Notes: a model not told the origin generated them from the sequence alone. Positions 1-8,818 are shown, counted from the first letter of the stretch. The stretch: 33,100 bases of DNA from Rickettsiaceae bacterium 4572_127 (GCA_002084505.1 NBLK01000008.1:1-33100), one strand, 5' to 3'. Numbers and translations: made by a program.

Positions 1-900
1 AGTGATGAGGATTTACTGAATCTAGCAGATGTTGATACTAAAAAAATTTCCTCACGAATGAAAGCTCTAAAATCTTTAAGAGACATTAGAAATAAAAATG
101 AACAGAATGGAAATTATTCTTGGACTCTTGCTCTTTGGCCGTCAGAAGATATGGCTAAGCAAGCAGGAGCTCCATTAGAAAAATTATATGATCAAATTCG
201 CAAGGCTTGTTTTTTAAATAAAGAAAATCCTGTTCAAGAATGGGAAAATTTATATCAGTATAATAAAAAAGTTTGTGAGTGGTTAAAAAATCTAGATATA
301 GAAGAGTTTCATATGACTTCTAAAAATGTAGATTTGAAGATTAAAGTTGGTGAAAATCGTAAATTTATTTCTACTAGTGGACATAACATCCCTTCCTTTG
401 AAGTTTACACTTCTCCTGATTGCAGATTTACAGAAGGAACTTTTTACGCTGATCAACCATCATTTAGACTGGGAAATGTCGTAAAAGGCGTTCGTTTGGA
501 ATTCAAAAATGGTGAGTGCATTAAGTGGTCTGCCGAGCAAGGTGAAAAGTTTTTAGAGAGCCAATTAAAGACGGACAAAGGAGCAAGTTTTGTTGGAGAA
601 TTTTCACTAACGGATAAAAAAACTTCTAATATAAATATGTTTATGGCGGATACTTTGTATGATGAAAATTTCGGTGGCGATTTTGGAAATAGCCATATTG
701 CTATCGGTTGTGCTTTCCCAGATACTTACACTGGTGATCAAAAAGATATTGCCACTGATGAACAAAAATTAGAAAAAGGGTTTAATACTTCTGTCGTTCA
801 CTGGGACTTAGTAAATTCAGAGCAAAAAACTGTCGTCGCCACTTGCAAAAATGGAGAAAAAATTACTATCTACAAAGATGGTGGATTTTTAATAAAATAA
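1..900 (+). CDS. M29-family (AmpS/PepS-like) aminopeptidase, 5' end outside window
   Basis: The frame of the 58..900 ORF stays open back to base 1 (no stop in 1-57). The C-terminal motifs GNSHIAIG and VHWDLV resemble the metal-binding end of thermophilic M29 aminopeptidases (family recollection, not searched). Confidence 0.65.
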   Translation, partial: SDEDLLNLADVDTKKISSRMKALKSLRDIRNKNEQNGNYSWTLALWPSEDMAKQAGAPLEKLYDQIRKACFLNKENPVQEWENLYQYNKKVCEWLKNLDIEEFHMTSKNVDLKIKVGENRKFISTSGHNIPSFEVYTSPDCRFTEGTFYADQPSFRLGNVVKGVRLEFKNGECIKWSAEQGEKFLESQLKTDKGASFVGEFSLTDKKTSNINMFMADTLYDENFGGDFGNSHIAIGCAFPDTYTGDQKDIATDEQKLEKGFNTSVVHWDLVNSEQKTVVATCKNGEKITIYKDGGFLIK

Positions 901-902
901 AA

Positions 903-1010
903 AAGATTCGATACGGTGAGATTCCTGCCTTCGCAGGAATGACTCGGTCTTATCACCCTCCCCTTGTGGGAGGGTCAAAATAGCTCGCTATTTTGGGGAG
1001 GGGTAAAAAA
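903..1010 (+). repeat. Composite of two GC-rich hairpin repeat modules (R1 + R2)
   Basis: R1 (903-943) is AAGATTCGATACGGTGAG-ATTCCTGC-CTTC-GCAGGAAT-GAC. R2 (952-1010) is ATCACCCTCCCCTTGTGGGAGGG-TCAAAATAGCTCGCTATTTTG-GGGAGGGGTAAAAAA. Both modules recur at 29479-30141. The TTG-initiated extension MGRGKK of the tracked ORF lies inside R2. Confidence 0.85.
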
Positions 1011-2093
1011 ATGATTTTAGATTTTATAAAAAAAGAAGAAGTTCGTCAGAATGAAACTATAAATTTAATAGCTTCTGAGAATTTTGTTTCTGATGCAGTT
1101 CGTTTAGCTCAGGGTTCTGTTCTAACAAATAAATATGCAGAGGGGTATCCTTCCGCACGATATTTTAAGTGTAAATTCGCCAATGTGCAACCACATTCAG
1201 GAGCGAATGCAAATCTCGCTGTTTTGTTGGCAACTCTTAAAGTAGGCGATACTATTATGGGAATGGACTTAAAATCTGGGGGACATTTATCTCATGGGTC
1301 TAAGCCGAATCTTTCTGGAAAATGGTTTAATTCTGTGCCTTATTCTGTGAGTAAAAAAAACTATAAATTAGATTATGATGAGATTATGGAGCTGGCAAAA
1401 AAAACAAAACCGCAGTTGATTATCGCAGGTGGATCGGCATATCCTTTTCAAATTGATTTTAAGAAATTTCGTGAAATCGCCGATAAAGTCGGAGCGATTC
1501 TAGTCGCTGATATTGCGCATATTGCCGGTCTAATCGTGGGTGAATGTCATGATTCTCCATTTCCTTTTGCAGATATTGTAACGACGACAACTCATAAAAC
1601 TTTGCGAGGAGCAAGGGGCGGAATGATTTTGACTAATGATGAAAATTTAGCGAAAAAAATTAATTCCGCTGTTTTTCCCGGAACTCAAGGCGGACCTTTA
1701 ATGCATGCAATTGCAGGAAAAGGAGTTGCTTTTGAGGAGGCTTTGCAACCTGATTTTAAAACTTATGCTAAGCAAATTGTAGAAAATGCAAAAACTCTGG
1801 CAGAAACTTTGATGTCTCGTGGATTAACTTTAATTGGCGGTGGGACGGAGACGCATTTGATGCTAGTTGATTTACGACCGCTTGGATTGACTGGGGCGGA
1901 AGTTGCTACAAAACTTGAAGAAAATGGAATTGTTTGCAATAAAAATGGACTTCCTTTTGACACTGCTTCGCCAAGAAATCCATCTGGAATTAGACTTGGA
2001 ACTCCTGCTATGACTACAAAAGGTTGGAAAGAAAAAGACTTTGAGAAACTAGGAAACAAAACCGCTGATTTGATCCTATCTATTAAACCGTAG
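1011..2093 (+). CDS. glyA: Serine hydroxymethyltransferase with internal in-frame deletion (possibly inactive)
   Basis: SHMT motifs present: [33 protein letters not shown] (PLP lysine) and FPGTQGGP. The segment normally found between YAEGYPxxRY and ANVQPHSG (GGCE..LAI.RAK.LFGA) is replaced by FKCKF. Start taken at ATG 1011 (MILDF), just after the repeat. Confidence 0.8.
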   Translation: MILDFIKKEEVRQNETINLIASENFVSDAVRLAQGSVLTNKYAEGYPSARYFKCKFANVQPHSGANANLAVLLATLKVGDTIMGMDLKSGGHLSHGSKPNLSGKWFNSVPYSVSKKNYKLDYDEIMELAKKTKPQLIIAGGSAYPFQIDFKKFREIADKVGAILVADIAHIAGLIVGECHDSPFPFADIVTTTTHKTLRGARGGMILTNDENLAKKINSAVFPGTQGGPLMHAIAGKGVAFEEALQPDFKTYAKQIVENAKTLAETLMSRGLTLIGGGTETHLMLVDLRPLGLTGAEVATKLEENGIVCNKNGLPFDTASPRNPSGIRLGTPAMTTKGWKEKDFEKLGNKTADLILSIKP

Positions 2094-2934
2094 TCATTTT
2101 TTCAAATTTATCTTGGCGATGTTTTTTGCATTCTTCAGGAGATAATTTTAAAAGCTCTTGCAAATTTTTCTCAATAATTTTTTTCACAAAATCCATAGTT
2201 TCTATCAAATTAGAATGAGCTCCACAAGTCGGCTCAGAAATAATTTCATCTATAATTCCATTTTTCAAAAGTGATTCGGCAGTCAACTTCAAAGCCTCGG
2301 CAGCCTCGACAGCTTTTCCTTTTTCTCTAAATAAAATAGACGAACAAGATTCAGGAGCTATCACAGAATAATATGCATTTTTCAACATTAAAACTTTATT
2401 CGCAGTGGCAATTCCTATTGCTCCACCTGATCCACCCTCTCCAATAACAGTCGCAATAAATGGAGTTTTCAAAGCAAGCCCTACATCAATTCCCTGTGCA
2501 ATCGCCTCTGCCTGCCCACGAGCCTCCGCTTCAATACCGGGAAAAGCCCCCGGAGTATCAACAAAAGACAAAACTGGTAAATTAAATTTTTCTGCAAGTT
2601 TCATCAACCGCACGGCTTTTCTATAGCCTTCTGGATTCGGCATTCCAAAATTTCGCTTCACACGAGTTTCAGCATCGTTGCCTTTTTCCTGCCCAATAAT
2701 GACTACACTTTTATCATTAAAACGAGCAAGCCCGCCGATAATTGTGTTATCATTTCCAAAGCATCTATCACCTTTTAGCTCCTGATAATCCGTAAAAAGG
2801 TGTTTCAAATAATCCACAAAATGAGGGCGATTAGGATGACGAGCTACTTGCACTGTCTCCCAAGCTGATAAGTTTTTATACTTGCTTTCTAAATCTTTTT
2901 GATTTAAATCTTTTTCAAATGATAACTTTTGCAT
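2083..2934 (-). CDS. accA: Acetyl-CoA carboxylase carboxyltransferase subunit alpha
   Basis: [31 protein letters not shown] and [10 protein letters not shown] match AccA. The 3' end overlaps the glyA 3' end by 11 nt (convergent). Confidence 0.9.
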   Translation of the reverse strand: MQKLSFEKDLNQKDLESKYKNLSAWETVQVARHPNRPHFVDYLKHLFTDYQELKGDRCFGNDNTIIGGLARFNDKSVVIIGQEKGNDAETRVKRNFGMPNPEGYRKAVRLMKLAEKFNLPVLSFVDTPGAFPGIEAEARGQAEAIAQGIDVGLALKTPFIATVIGEGGSGGAIGIATANKVLMLKNAYYSVIAPESCSSILFREKGKAVEAAEALKLTAESLLKNGIIDEIISEPTCGAHSNLIETMDFVKKIIEKNLQELLKLSPEECKKHRQDKFEKMTTV

Positions 2935-3172
2935 TTTTTTTCTCTTGTTTTTTGTTTTATTTTGTTCTATATTATTCTTATAGAGCAGGACAATGTCGCA
3001 CCTTTTTGCGGAGTTTCCGAGGTCGGTTTATCCCTCCATTCGTTGAACTTACTGCTCTTTTTTTATATCCGAGATTAAAATTTCTCCTGTATAGTAAGTC
3101 CCATAATTTGCTTTTTCTTTATCATCTAAGTCTATGATTAGTTTAATTTTTGATTGTAATTTCATTCATTTT

Positions 3173-3790
3173 CTACCCTTCTAAATTAAGAATTATTTTT
3201 ACTAAATTTTTGCGAGCATAAAACGCTCTTGAAGTTGAGCCATGCCCAGCTCCTTTTGTTCTCGGTTGAATATACTTACCAAATTTTCCACTCAAAGAAT
3301 CAAAACCTTCTTTTCTAATTATTTTTTTTATTAAATTAAAATCTTTTTTGATTTCGTTCAAAAGTTTTTTATTAGACAAATCAAATGAAACAACATCGTA
3401 AACTAATCCTTTGTTTTGATATTTTTCATCAACAATTCGTGCAACCAAAATTAATTTTTTCAACTTAGAATAAAGATGACTATCTTCAAATTTTTTTAAC
3501 TTAACCTCAAAACGATCAATCATTGTGATCGCTAGTGTTTCTTTTGGAACAAGATTTCCATTTTTTAAGTATTTTAGTGAAGTTGTTTTCAATTCCCAAG
3601 AACCAAAGTTAGGAGACTGAGAAGAATTAATTGGCAATCCTAAAAAATGCTCAATTACATGTCCAAACCAACCTTTATTTTGTTTTCCTGTTTTTTTGTT
3701 ACAAACTGTTACATCATACTTTTCAGCTAGATTATAAATATCCTTACCTTTAAGTTTTTGCAATTTTTTTAAAGCTTCTTTTCTGTCCAT
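3173..3790 (-). CDS. MutH/Sau3AI-family type II restriction endonuclease (predicted GATC-specific)
   Basis: Colinear with E. coli MutH as I recall it. KGWFGHVIEHFLGL..SPNFGSWELKT matches KGWIGVLLEIWLGA..EQDFAALGVELKT. HLYSKLKKLILVARIV matches HKLKRVLWIPVEG. GKYIQPRTKGAG...AFYARKN matches GEYLQIRPKAAN...GFYLKKN. Starts 2 nt after the methyltransferase stop. Confidence 0.7.
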   Translation of the reverse strand: MDRKEALKKLQKLKGKDIYNLAEKYDVTVCNKKTGKQNKGWFGHVIEHFLGLPINSSQSPNFGSWELKTTSLKYLKNGNLVPKETLAITMIDRFEVKLKKFEDSHLYSKLKKLILVARIVDEKYQNKGLVYDVVSFDLSNKKLLNEIKKDFNLIKKIIRKEGFDSLSGKFGKYIQPRTKGAGHGSTSRAFYARKNLVKIILNLEG

Positions 3791-3792
3791 TT

Positions 3793-4614
3793 CTATACTC
3801 CGAATAAATCTGATTTTTGTTTGTTTTTTAATCCATTAAATCGCTTTATAGAAAGATCTAAGTATTCTTTTTCTTTATCAATTCCAATAAATTTTCGCCC
3901 ATACATTATTGAAGCAATTCCAGTAGTTGAACTTCCAGTAAAAGGATCTACAATTAAATCACCTTCATTTGTAGATGCTAAAACAATTCGTCTTAATAAA
4001 TCTAAGGGTTTTTGAGTTGGATGTTTTCCAAATAATTTTTCCGATGGACGAGGTGTGTTTATAGACCAAACAGATCTCATTTGTAAATTAGGTTTTTTCA
4101 TTTTATCTTCTACCCAACTTCCATTTTTCATTTCATCATAGTTGAAAACATGTTTTGCTTTTTTTTCTTTTCTAGCCCAAATAATCGTCTCATGCGAGGC
4201 TGTGAAAAACCTACAACTTAAATTAGGGGAAGCGTTCGGCTTAAACCAAGCGATGTCATTTAGAAATTTAAATTTATTTATTTCCAGTGCAAAACCACAT
4301 TGATAAATAGAATGATAGGTTCCACTAACCCAAATTGTTCCTTCTGGTTTTAAGACTCTTCTGCACTCTTTCATCCATGATACATGAAAATTTAAATTTT
4401 CTTCCATCGTCCCACTTAGATCCCAATCGCCTTTTTTTACAGAAACCATTTTTCCATTTTGACAAGAAAAACTTCCACTAGATAAAAAATATGGCGGATC
4501 AGCAAAAATCATATCTACTGAATTTTCAGGAAGTTGTTTCAATAACTCCAAACAATCTTTTTGGTATAATGTAAAATTCTCATTAGAAAAATATGGTTGC
4601 TCTTTAATTTGCAT
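3793..4614 (-). CDS. Beta-class N6-adenine (N6_N4) DNA methyltransferase, DpnA/M.MboIC-like
   Basis: Motif IV (DMIFADPPYFLSSG) lies N-terminal, then VSVKKGDWD, PNLSCRFFTASHETIIWA and GKHPTQKP, with motif I (DPFTGSSTTG) C-terminal, which is the beta permutation. These strings closely recall the DpnII-system DpnA GATC methylase (from memory). The ATG overlaps the accD stop by 11 nt. Confidence 0.85.
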   Translation of the reverse strand: MQIKEQPYFSNENFTLYQKDCLELLKQLPENSVDMIFADPPYFLSSGSFSCQNGKMVSVKKGDWDLSGTMEENLNFHVSWMKECRRVLKPEGTIWVSGTYHSIYQCGFALEINKFKFLNDIAWFKPNASPNLSCRFFTASHETIIWARKEKKAKHVFNYDEMKNGSWVEDKMKKPNLQMRSVWSINTPRPSEKLFGKHPTQKPLDLLRRIVLASTNEGDLIVDPFTGSSTTGIASIMYGRKFIGIDKEKEYLDLSIKRFNGLKNKQKSDLFGV

Positions 4615-5431
4615 TTTTTTTCCTTAAAACAGACAGCACATTTCCGAGTTTTTTCTTCAAATCTTCTCGTGGGACGATGGCATCAATCATACCATGCTCT
4701 TCTAAATACTCAGCAGTTTGAAAACCTTTTGGAAGTTTTTGACGAATGTTTTGTTCTATAACACGAGGTCCAGCAAAACAAATCAATGCTTTCGGTTCTG
4801 CAAAATGAATATCTCCAAGCATAGCAAAAGATGCGGTGATTCCACCTGCTGTAGGATTCGTTAGATAAACAATATAAGGTAAATTCGCCTCACGAAGTTT
4901 TTGAACTCCAAGAGTCGTTCGAGCTAATTGCATAAGAGACAAAGTGCTTTCTTGCATTCTAGCTCCGCCGGTCGCTGGAATTGCTAAAAACGAAACATTC
5001 TCTTCAACAGCTTTTTTCGCTCCAAGTAGAAATGCATTTCCTACAAAACGCCCCATAGAACCACCTATAAAAGCAAAGTTCATAGCAAAAACAACTGTTT
5101 TATTTCCGTTGATTTTTCCAATAGCGATTTGAGCTGCATCTTGTTGAGATGTTTTTTTTCTAGCTACTTCTAATTGTTTTTTGTACTGTTTTTTCGCTGT
5201 AAAATTAAGAGGATCATCTAGAATCGCAGGAACTTTAATTTCAGTAAATTCTTTATTATCAAATAGATTTTCAAACCACTGATTTGGACTTAAAGCAGTC
5301 GGATTTTTACAACTTGCACATATTCCTAAATTACGATCAATATGTTTATTGTAATCCACATGCCCACATTTTTTACAGACTTTCCAAAGATTTTTCGGCA
5401 AATCTTTATAGTTTTTATGAATTTTAGACAT
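4604..5431 (-). CDS. accD: Acetyl-CoA carboxylase carboxyltransferase subunit beta
   Basis: N-terminal Zn ribbon CKKCGHV...CASCKNP, followed by a GGSMG and GGARMQE carboxyltransferase core. The start overlaps the ihfB stop by 8 nt. Confidence 0.9.
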   Translation of the reverse strand: MSKIHKNYKDLPKNLWKVCKKCGHVDYNKHIDRNLGICASCKNPTALSPNQWFENLFDNKEFTEIKVPAILDDPLNFTAKKQYKKQLEVARKKTSQQDAAQIAIGKINGNKTVVFAMNFAFIGGSMGRFVGNAFLLGAKKAVEENVSFLAIPATGGARMQESTLSLMQLARTTLGVQKLREANLPYIVYLTNPTAGGITASFAMLGDIHFAEPKALICFAGPRVIEQNIRQKLPKGFQTAEYLEEHGMIDAIVPREDLKKKLGNVLSVLRKKNAN

Positions 5432-5708
5432 TACTATTTACTCTATTAAATAGATTTTTCCCAGCCTTAAATCTCGCTGTTATAGACGATGCGACTGGGA
5501 TTTTTTCACTTGTTTTTGGATTTCTAGCTGTAAAGCCGACTCTGATTTTGCTCGAAAAAACACCAAAACCTCGAATTTCGATTCTGTCGCCTTTTCTTAA
5601 ACTGTCGAGCATATTTTCAAATACAGAAGAAACTATTGATGTTATTTCTTCTGTTGAAAGCCCCTGATTTTTTTTCTTTAATGCAATTATTAGGTCGGCT
5701 CTAGTCAT
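5424..5708 (-). CDS. ihfB: Integration host factor subunit beta (HU/IHF family)
   Basis: 94 aa. RIEIRGFGVFS and ARNPKTSEKI form the beta-arm signature typical of IHF-beta. Confidence 0.8.
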   Translation of the reverse strand: MTRADLIIALKKKNQGLSTEEITSIVSSVFENMLDSLRKGDRIEIRGFGVFSSKIRVGFTARNPKTSEKIPVASSITARFKAGKNLFNRVNSNV

Positions 5709-5887
5709 TATTTATCCTCTTTTTTATAGCAAAGTTCTTACTTACTTATGGTGATTGATTTTTGCACTGTCTGCCAATAAAATCATTTACCCCGCAAATC
5801 GATAAATCAACCACTCCTGTTGGTGAGATTCTCTTTTTTCATAGGAATAAAGAATCTGGTAAAATTAAATACTAACTTTTACATTTT

Positions 5888-6568
5888 TTATTTATTTTCT
5901 TGTGTTGGTTTTACTTCAGATTCTTTATCAGTTTCTTCTGTTTTCTCACCATCAGCATCAGCATCACCCTCAGCTTCCTCACCCTCCTCTGTTGGTTTTA
6001 CTTCTTCTTCTATTTTTCTAGGAGCAACAATTGTAACTAGTGAGAAGTTTGTTCCTTCATCAGCTAACTCAGTTCCTTCTGGCAACTTAAGATCTTCAAC
6101 ATGAATCCCATCTCCAAATTCCAAACCTGCTAATGATATTTCTATTGAAGAAGGTATAAATTCTGGCTTACAAGAAAGAATTAATTTTCTTCTAAGGATA
6201 TTAAGAATCCCACCTTCCTTTAATCCTTTTGATTTCAATCTGTCCGTAAATTCTAGAGCAACTTTAACTTTAACTGGTTTTTTGCCAACTCTTAAAAAGT
6301 CTGCATGAATTGGAGCCCCTGAAACTGAATCAAAATCAACTTTTTTACATAGAACTTTTTGCTCTTCTTTATCTAATGTAAGATTAAACAACCTAGCATA
6401 AAATCCATTTTCATGCATTTCTTTTACTAAGGTTTTCTTTTCTAGCTTTATAGATGTTGGACTTTCTTTCTCGCCATAAATTATAGCCGGCAAAAATCCT
6501 TCTTTACGAATAAGACGAGATGCCCCCTTGCCCTCTTTTCCTCGTAAAGATACTTTTAAATTTTTCAT
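5888..6568 (-). CDS. rplY: 50S ribosomal protein L25 / general stress protein Ctc, with acidic C-terminal tail
   Basis: MKNLKVSLRGKEGKGASRLIRKEGFLPAIIYG is the canonical L25 N-terminus. Start therefore placed at the internal Met (ATG 6568), not the tracked 6628. Confidence 0.85.
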   Translation of the reverse strand: MKNLKVSLRGKEGKGASRLIRKEGFLPAIIYGEKESPTSIKLEKKTLVKEMHENGFYARLFNLTLDKEEQKVLCKKVDFDSVSGAPIHADFLRVGKKPVKVKVALEFTDRLKSKGLKEGGILNILRRKLILSCKPEFIPSSIEISLAGLEFGDGIHVEDLKLPEGTELADEGTNFSLVTIVAPRKIEEEVKPTEEGEEAEGDADADGEKTEETDKESEVKPTQENK

Positions 6569-6668
6569 AATATTTTCTCTTTTATTTAAATTATTTATTT
6601 GGTCATAGACCGCTCTATCAACCTCCAAGGGCGTTGATGCTCTTTTTTACCACAATAAAATAAAAAAA

Positions 6669-8252
6669 TCAAGTATTTTCCGTGCTTTCAATAACTGAGC
6701 CTTTAAAAAGATTTAGAGTGTCGTTGACTAAGTCATCTTTTTTTGCTTCTTTTATATTTTCTTCTATAATTGTTGTGTTTTTAGAATCATTAAGCAATTC
6801 TATTATCCAATTTTTCTCTGTTTTTTCTTTCAAAAATTTACTCAATTTAACCTGAAAATCTTTTGCTTCTTTTTCTAAAAATAATAAAATTTTCCCGTCT
6901 TCAAAACTTTCAACCTTAGCCTCTGTTTCTAGAATTGTTCTCAATAAAACTTCTTTATTTTTAGATAATTCTTGGCATAAAACTTCGACAGAATTTATTT
7001 TTATCTTAGTTTTATTTTCTTCTCTTTTATCATCAACTATTTTTTTTGTTTTTTCTGGAACGGGGTTTTTTTCCTGCTCTATTTGATGTTTTTCAGTTTT
7101 TATTTCTGATATTTTCTTAGGCTGTGGTAAAACATCCTGAGACAAATAGGCTATCCTCAAACAAGTCATATCTAAAATTGAATGTGAAGAATTAGAATTC
7201 TTTAAATCCTCAATTCCCTTCAAAACCAATTGCCAAATTCTTAGCAACAAAGGATACGAAAATTCACTAGCACGAGATTTTAATTCTTGCTGTAAAGTTT
7301 TATTTGTAGTCAAAAACTCTATGTTTTTTTCTGAAGTTTTCACTTGTGTTAAAGAGTAAATAAAATTCAAAAGACCGCTTAAAAGTGAATTCGCTGAATT
7401 TCCACTTTCTATAAAATTTTTTGTTAACCTTAGTATTTTTTCTGCATTATTTTGAACTATGAAATCAAATAGATTTATAATAATTTGCGAATCTGTTTTT
7501 CCTAACATTTGAGCTACAAGCTCATTAGAAATCTTAGAATTTTCCGACAAAGAAATAGCCTGATCAAGCAGAGACAACCCGTCTCTCGCTGAACCGTCTG
7601 CCGAAATAGAAATTTGTTTTAATGCTTCTTCTTCAATTTCAATTTTCTCTTCATTACAAATAAATTTATAGTGTTTATTGAGATCTTCAACTGAAATTCT
7701 AGCTAATAAAAACTTTTGGCATCGCGATAAAATTGTAGGCAAAACTTTTTTTAATTCTGTTGTAGCTAAAATAAAAACTACATGTTCCGGAGGCTCTTCG
7801 AGGGTTTTCAACATCGCATTAAAAGCACTTTTAGAAAGCATGTGAACTTCGTCGATTATAAAAATTTTATAGCGAGCGGACATCGGGCGATAAGCTGATT
7901 CTTCTAGAATATCTCGCATGTTATCAACGCCAGTATGAGATGCTGCATCTAGTTCAATCACATCCATGTGACGACTTTCTGCAATTGCTAAACAGTTTTC
8001 ACAAGTGCCACAAGGAGTTGCGGTTGGCTTAGTATTTTCACCATCTTCGCCGATGCAATTCAAAGCCTTTGCAAAAATCCTAGCCGATGAAGTTTTTCCC
8101 GTTCCACGAATTCCATGAAAGATGTATCCGTGTGCTAACTTTTCTTTTTTTATAGCATTTGTTAAAGTTCGCACAAGAACATCCTGCCCGACTAAATCGG
8201 AAAAATTTTGCTTCGCAACTCTTGGTGATTGCTTTTTGCACTCATAATGCAC
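6669..8252 (-). CDS. dnaX: DNA polymerase III subunit gamma/tau
   Basis: FSDLVGQD, Walker A GIRGTGKTS, Zn module CGTCENC, DEVHMLS and SRCQ. GTG start at 8252. The first 12 codons lie inside a repeated sequence. Confidence 0.95.
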   Translation of the reverse strand: MHYECKKQSPRVAKQNFSDLVGQDVLVRTLTNAIKKEKLAHGYIFHGIRGTGKTSSARIFAKALNCIGEDGENTKPTATPCGTCENCLAIAESRHMDVIELDAASHTGVDNMRDILEESAYRPMSARYKIFIIDEVHMLSKSAFNAMLKTLEEPPEHVVFILATTELKKVLPTILSRCQKFLLARISVEDLNKHYKFICNEEKIEIEEEALKQISISADGSARDGLSLLDQAISLSENSKISNELVAQMLGKTDSQIIINLFDFIVQNNAEKILRLTKNFIESGNSANSLLSGLLNFIYSLTQVKTSEKNIEFLTTNKTLQQELKSRASEFSYPLLLRIWQLVLKGIEDLKNSNSSHSILDMTCLRIAYLSQDVLPQPKKISEIKTEKHQIEQEKNPVPEKTKKIVDDKREENKTKIKINSVEVLCQELSKNKEVLLRTILETEAKVESFEDGKILLFLEKEAKDFQVKLSKFLKEKTEKNWIIELLNDSKNTTIIEENIKEAKKDDLVNDTLNLFKGSVIESTENT

Positions 8253-8390
8253 AATTTTTCAAAAAGCAGAGCCAAAAACGGCTGATGCTTTTCTTAAATT
8301 ATGCCTTCTAAGCACAAAAACCGTTCGCTTCGCTCACTCCAACCGCTCCCGTCGGCGAGCTTCTCTTTTTTTCTTTCATAACTTTAAGTT
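8217..8390 (-). repeat. Copy A of a ~175-bp inverted duplication (dnaX 5' codons plus upstream region)
   Basis: Reverse complement of 16922-17095, with roughly nine in ten positions identical by eye. Runs AACTCTTGGTGATTGCTTTTTGC...CAATTTTTCAAAAAGCAGAGCCAAAAACGGCTGATGCTTTTCTTAAATTAT...AAAAACCGTTCGCTTCGCTC...TTTCATAACTTTAAGTT. Confidence 0.9.
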
Positions 8391-8540
8391 CTGAAATAGC
8401 TCTAATGATTGAATCTTTTTTTCCAAATCTAGAAACCATTGATTTGCTCTCTCAAAAGATGCTTCTTGTTTTATGTAGGCATGTATTTCATCAACTTCGG
8501 AATATGCTGTTTTTGTAAAGACTACTTTATACAATTCCAT
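8376..8540 (-). pseudogene. Truncated ParE/RelE-like toxin remnant (54 codons)
   Basis: Hand translation gives MELYKVVFTKTAYSEVDEIHAYIKQEASFERANQWFLDLEKKIQSLELFQNLKL*. The pattern (A..D...I..YI......A......L...I..L..F) matches the first half of ParE toxins. The ATG overlaps the antitoxin 3' end by 14 nt. The ORF ends exactly where repeat copy A begins. Confidence 0.5.
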
Positions 8541-8808
8541 GTTTTTTTCTTATACTTTGAAAAACTTCTTTTGCTGATAAATAATCTTTATTTTCTATAT
8601 CTTTAAGCCCGTTTTTAATGCCTTCTATTGCATCTATATTAAAGTTTTCAATTAGAGCATTGTATGAATCCTGTGAAATTAAAACAACTGATTTTTTGTT
8701 TTTTCTTTTTATTAAAACAGGTGAGTATTCACTAATTACCTTGTTGATAGCTTTTGGAATCGTTTTATAAAAATCTTTTTCTAGCTCTGAATAATTTTCT
8801 ATTTGCAT
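8527..8808 (-). CDS. Phd/YefM-family antitoxin
   Basis: 93 aa. SPVLIKRKNKKSVVLISQDSYNALIE matches the Phd/YefM core. Lies upstream of, and overlapping, the ParE-like remnant. Confidence 0.65.
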   Translation of the reverse strand: MQIENYSELEKDFYKTIPKAINKVISEYSPVLIKRKNKKSVVLISQDSYNALIENFNIDAIEGIKNGLKDIENKDYLSAKEVFQSIRKKHGIV

Positions 8809-8818
8809 TTTTTTTTCC

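Noticed and set aside
8253-8375. Possible SRP RNA (ffs), which often precedes dnaX
   Set aside because: I could not find the conserved 4.5S/SRP domain IV motifs, and the sequence is duplicated upstream of ybaB and shares modules with other intergenic repeats. I treated it as repeat and promoter DNA.
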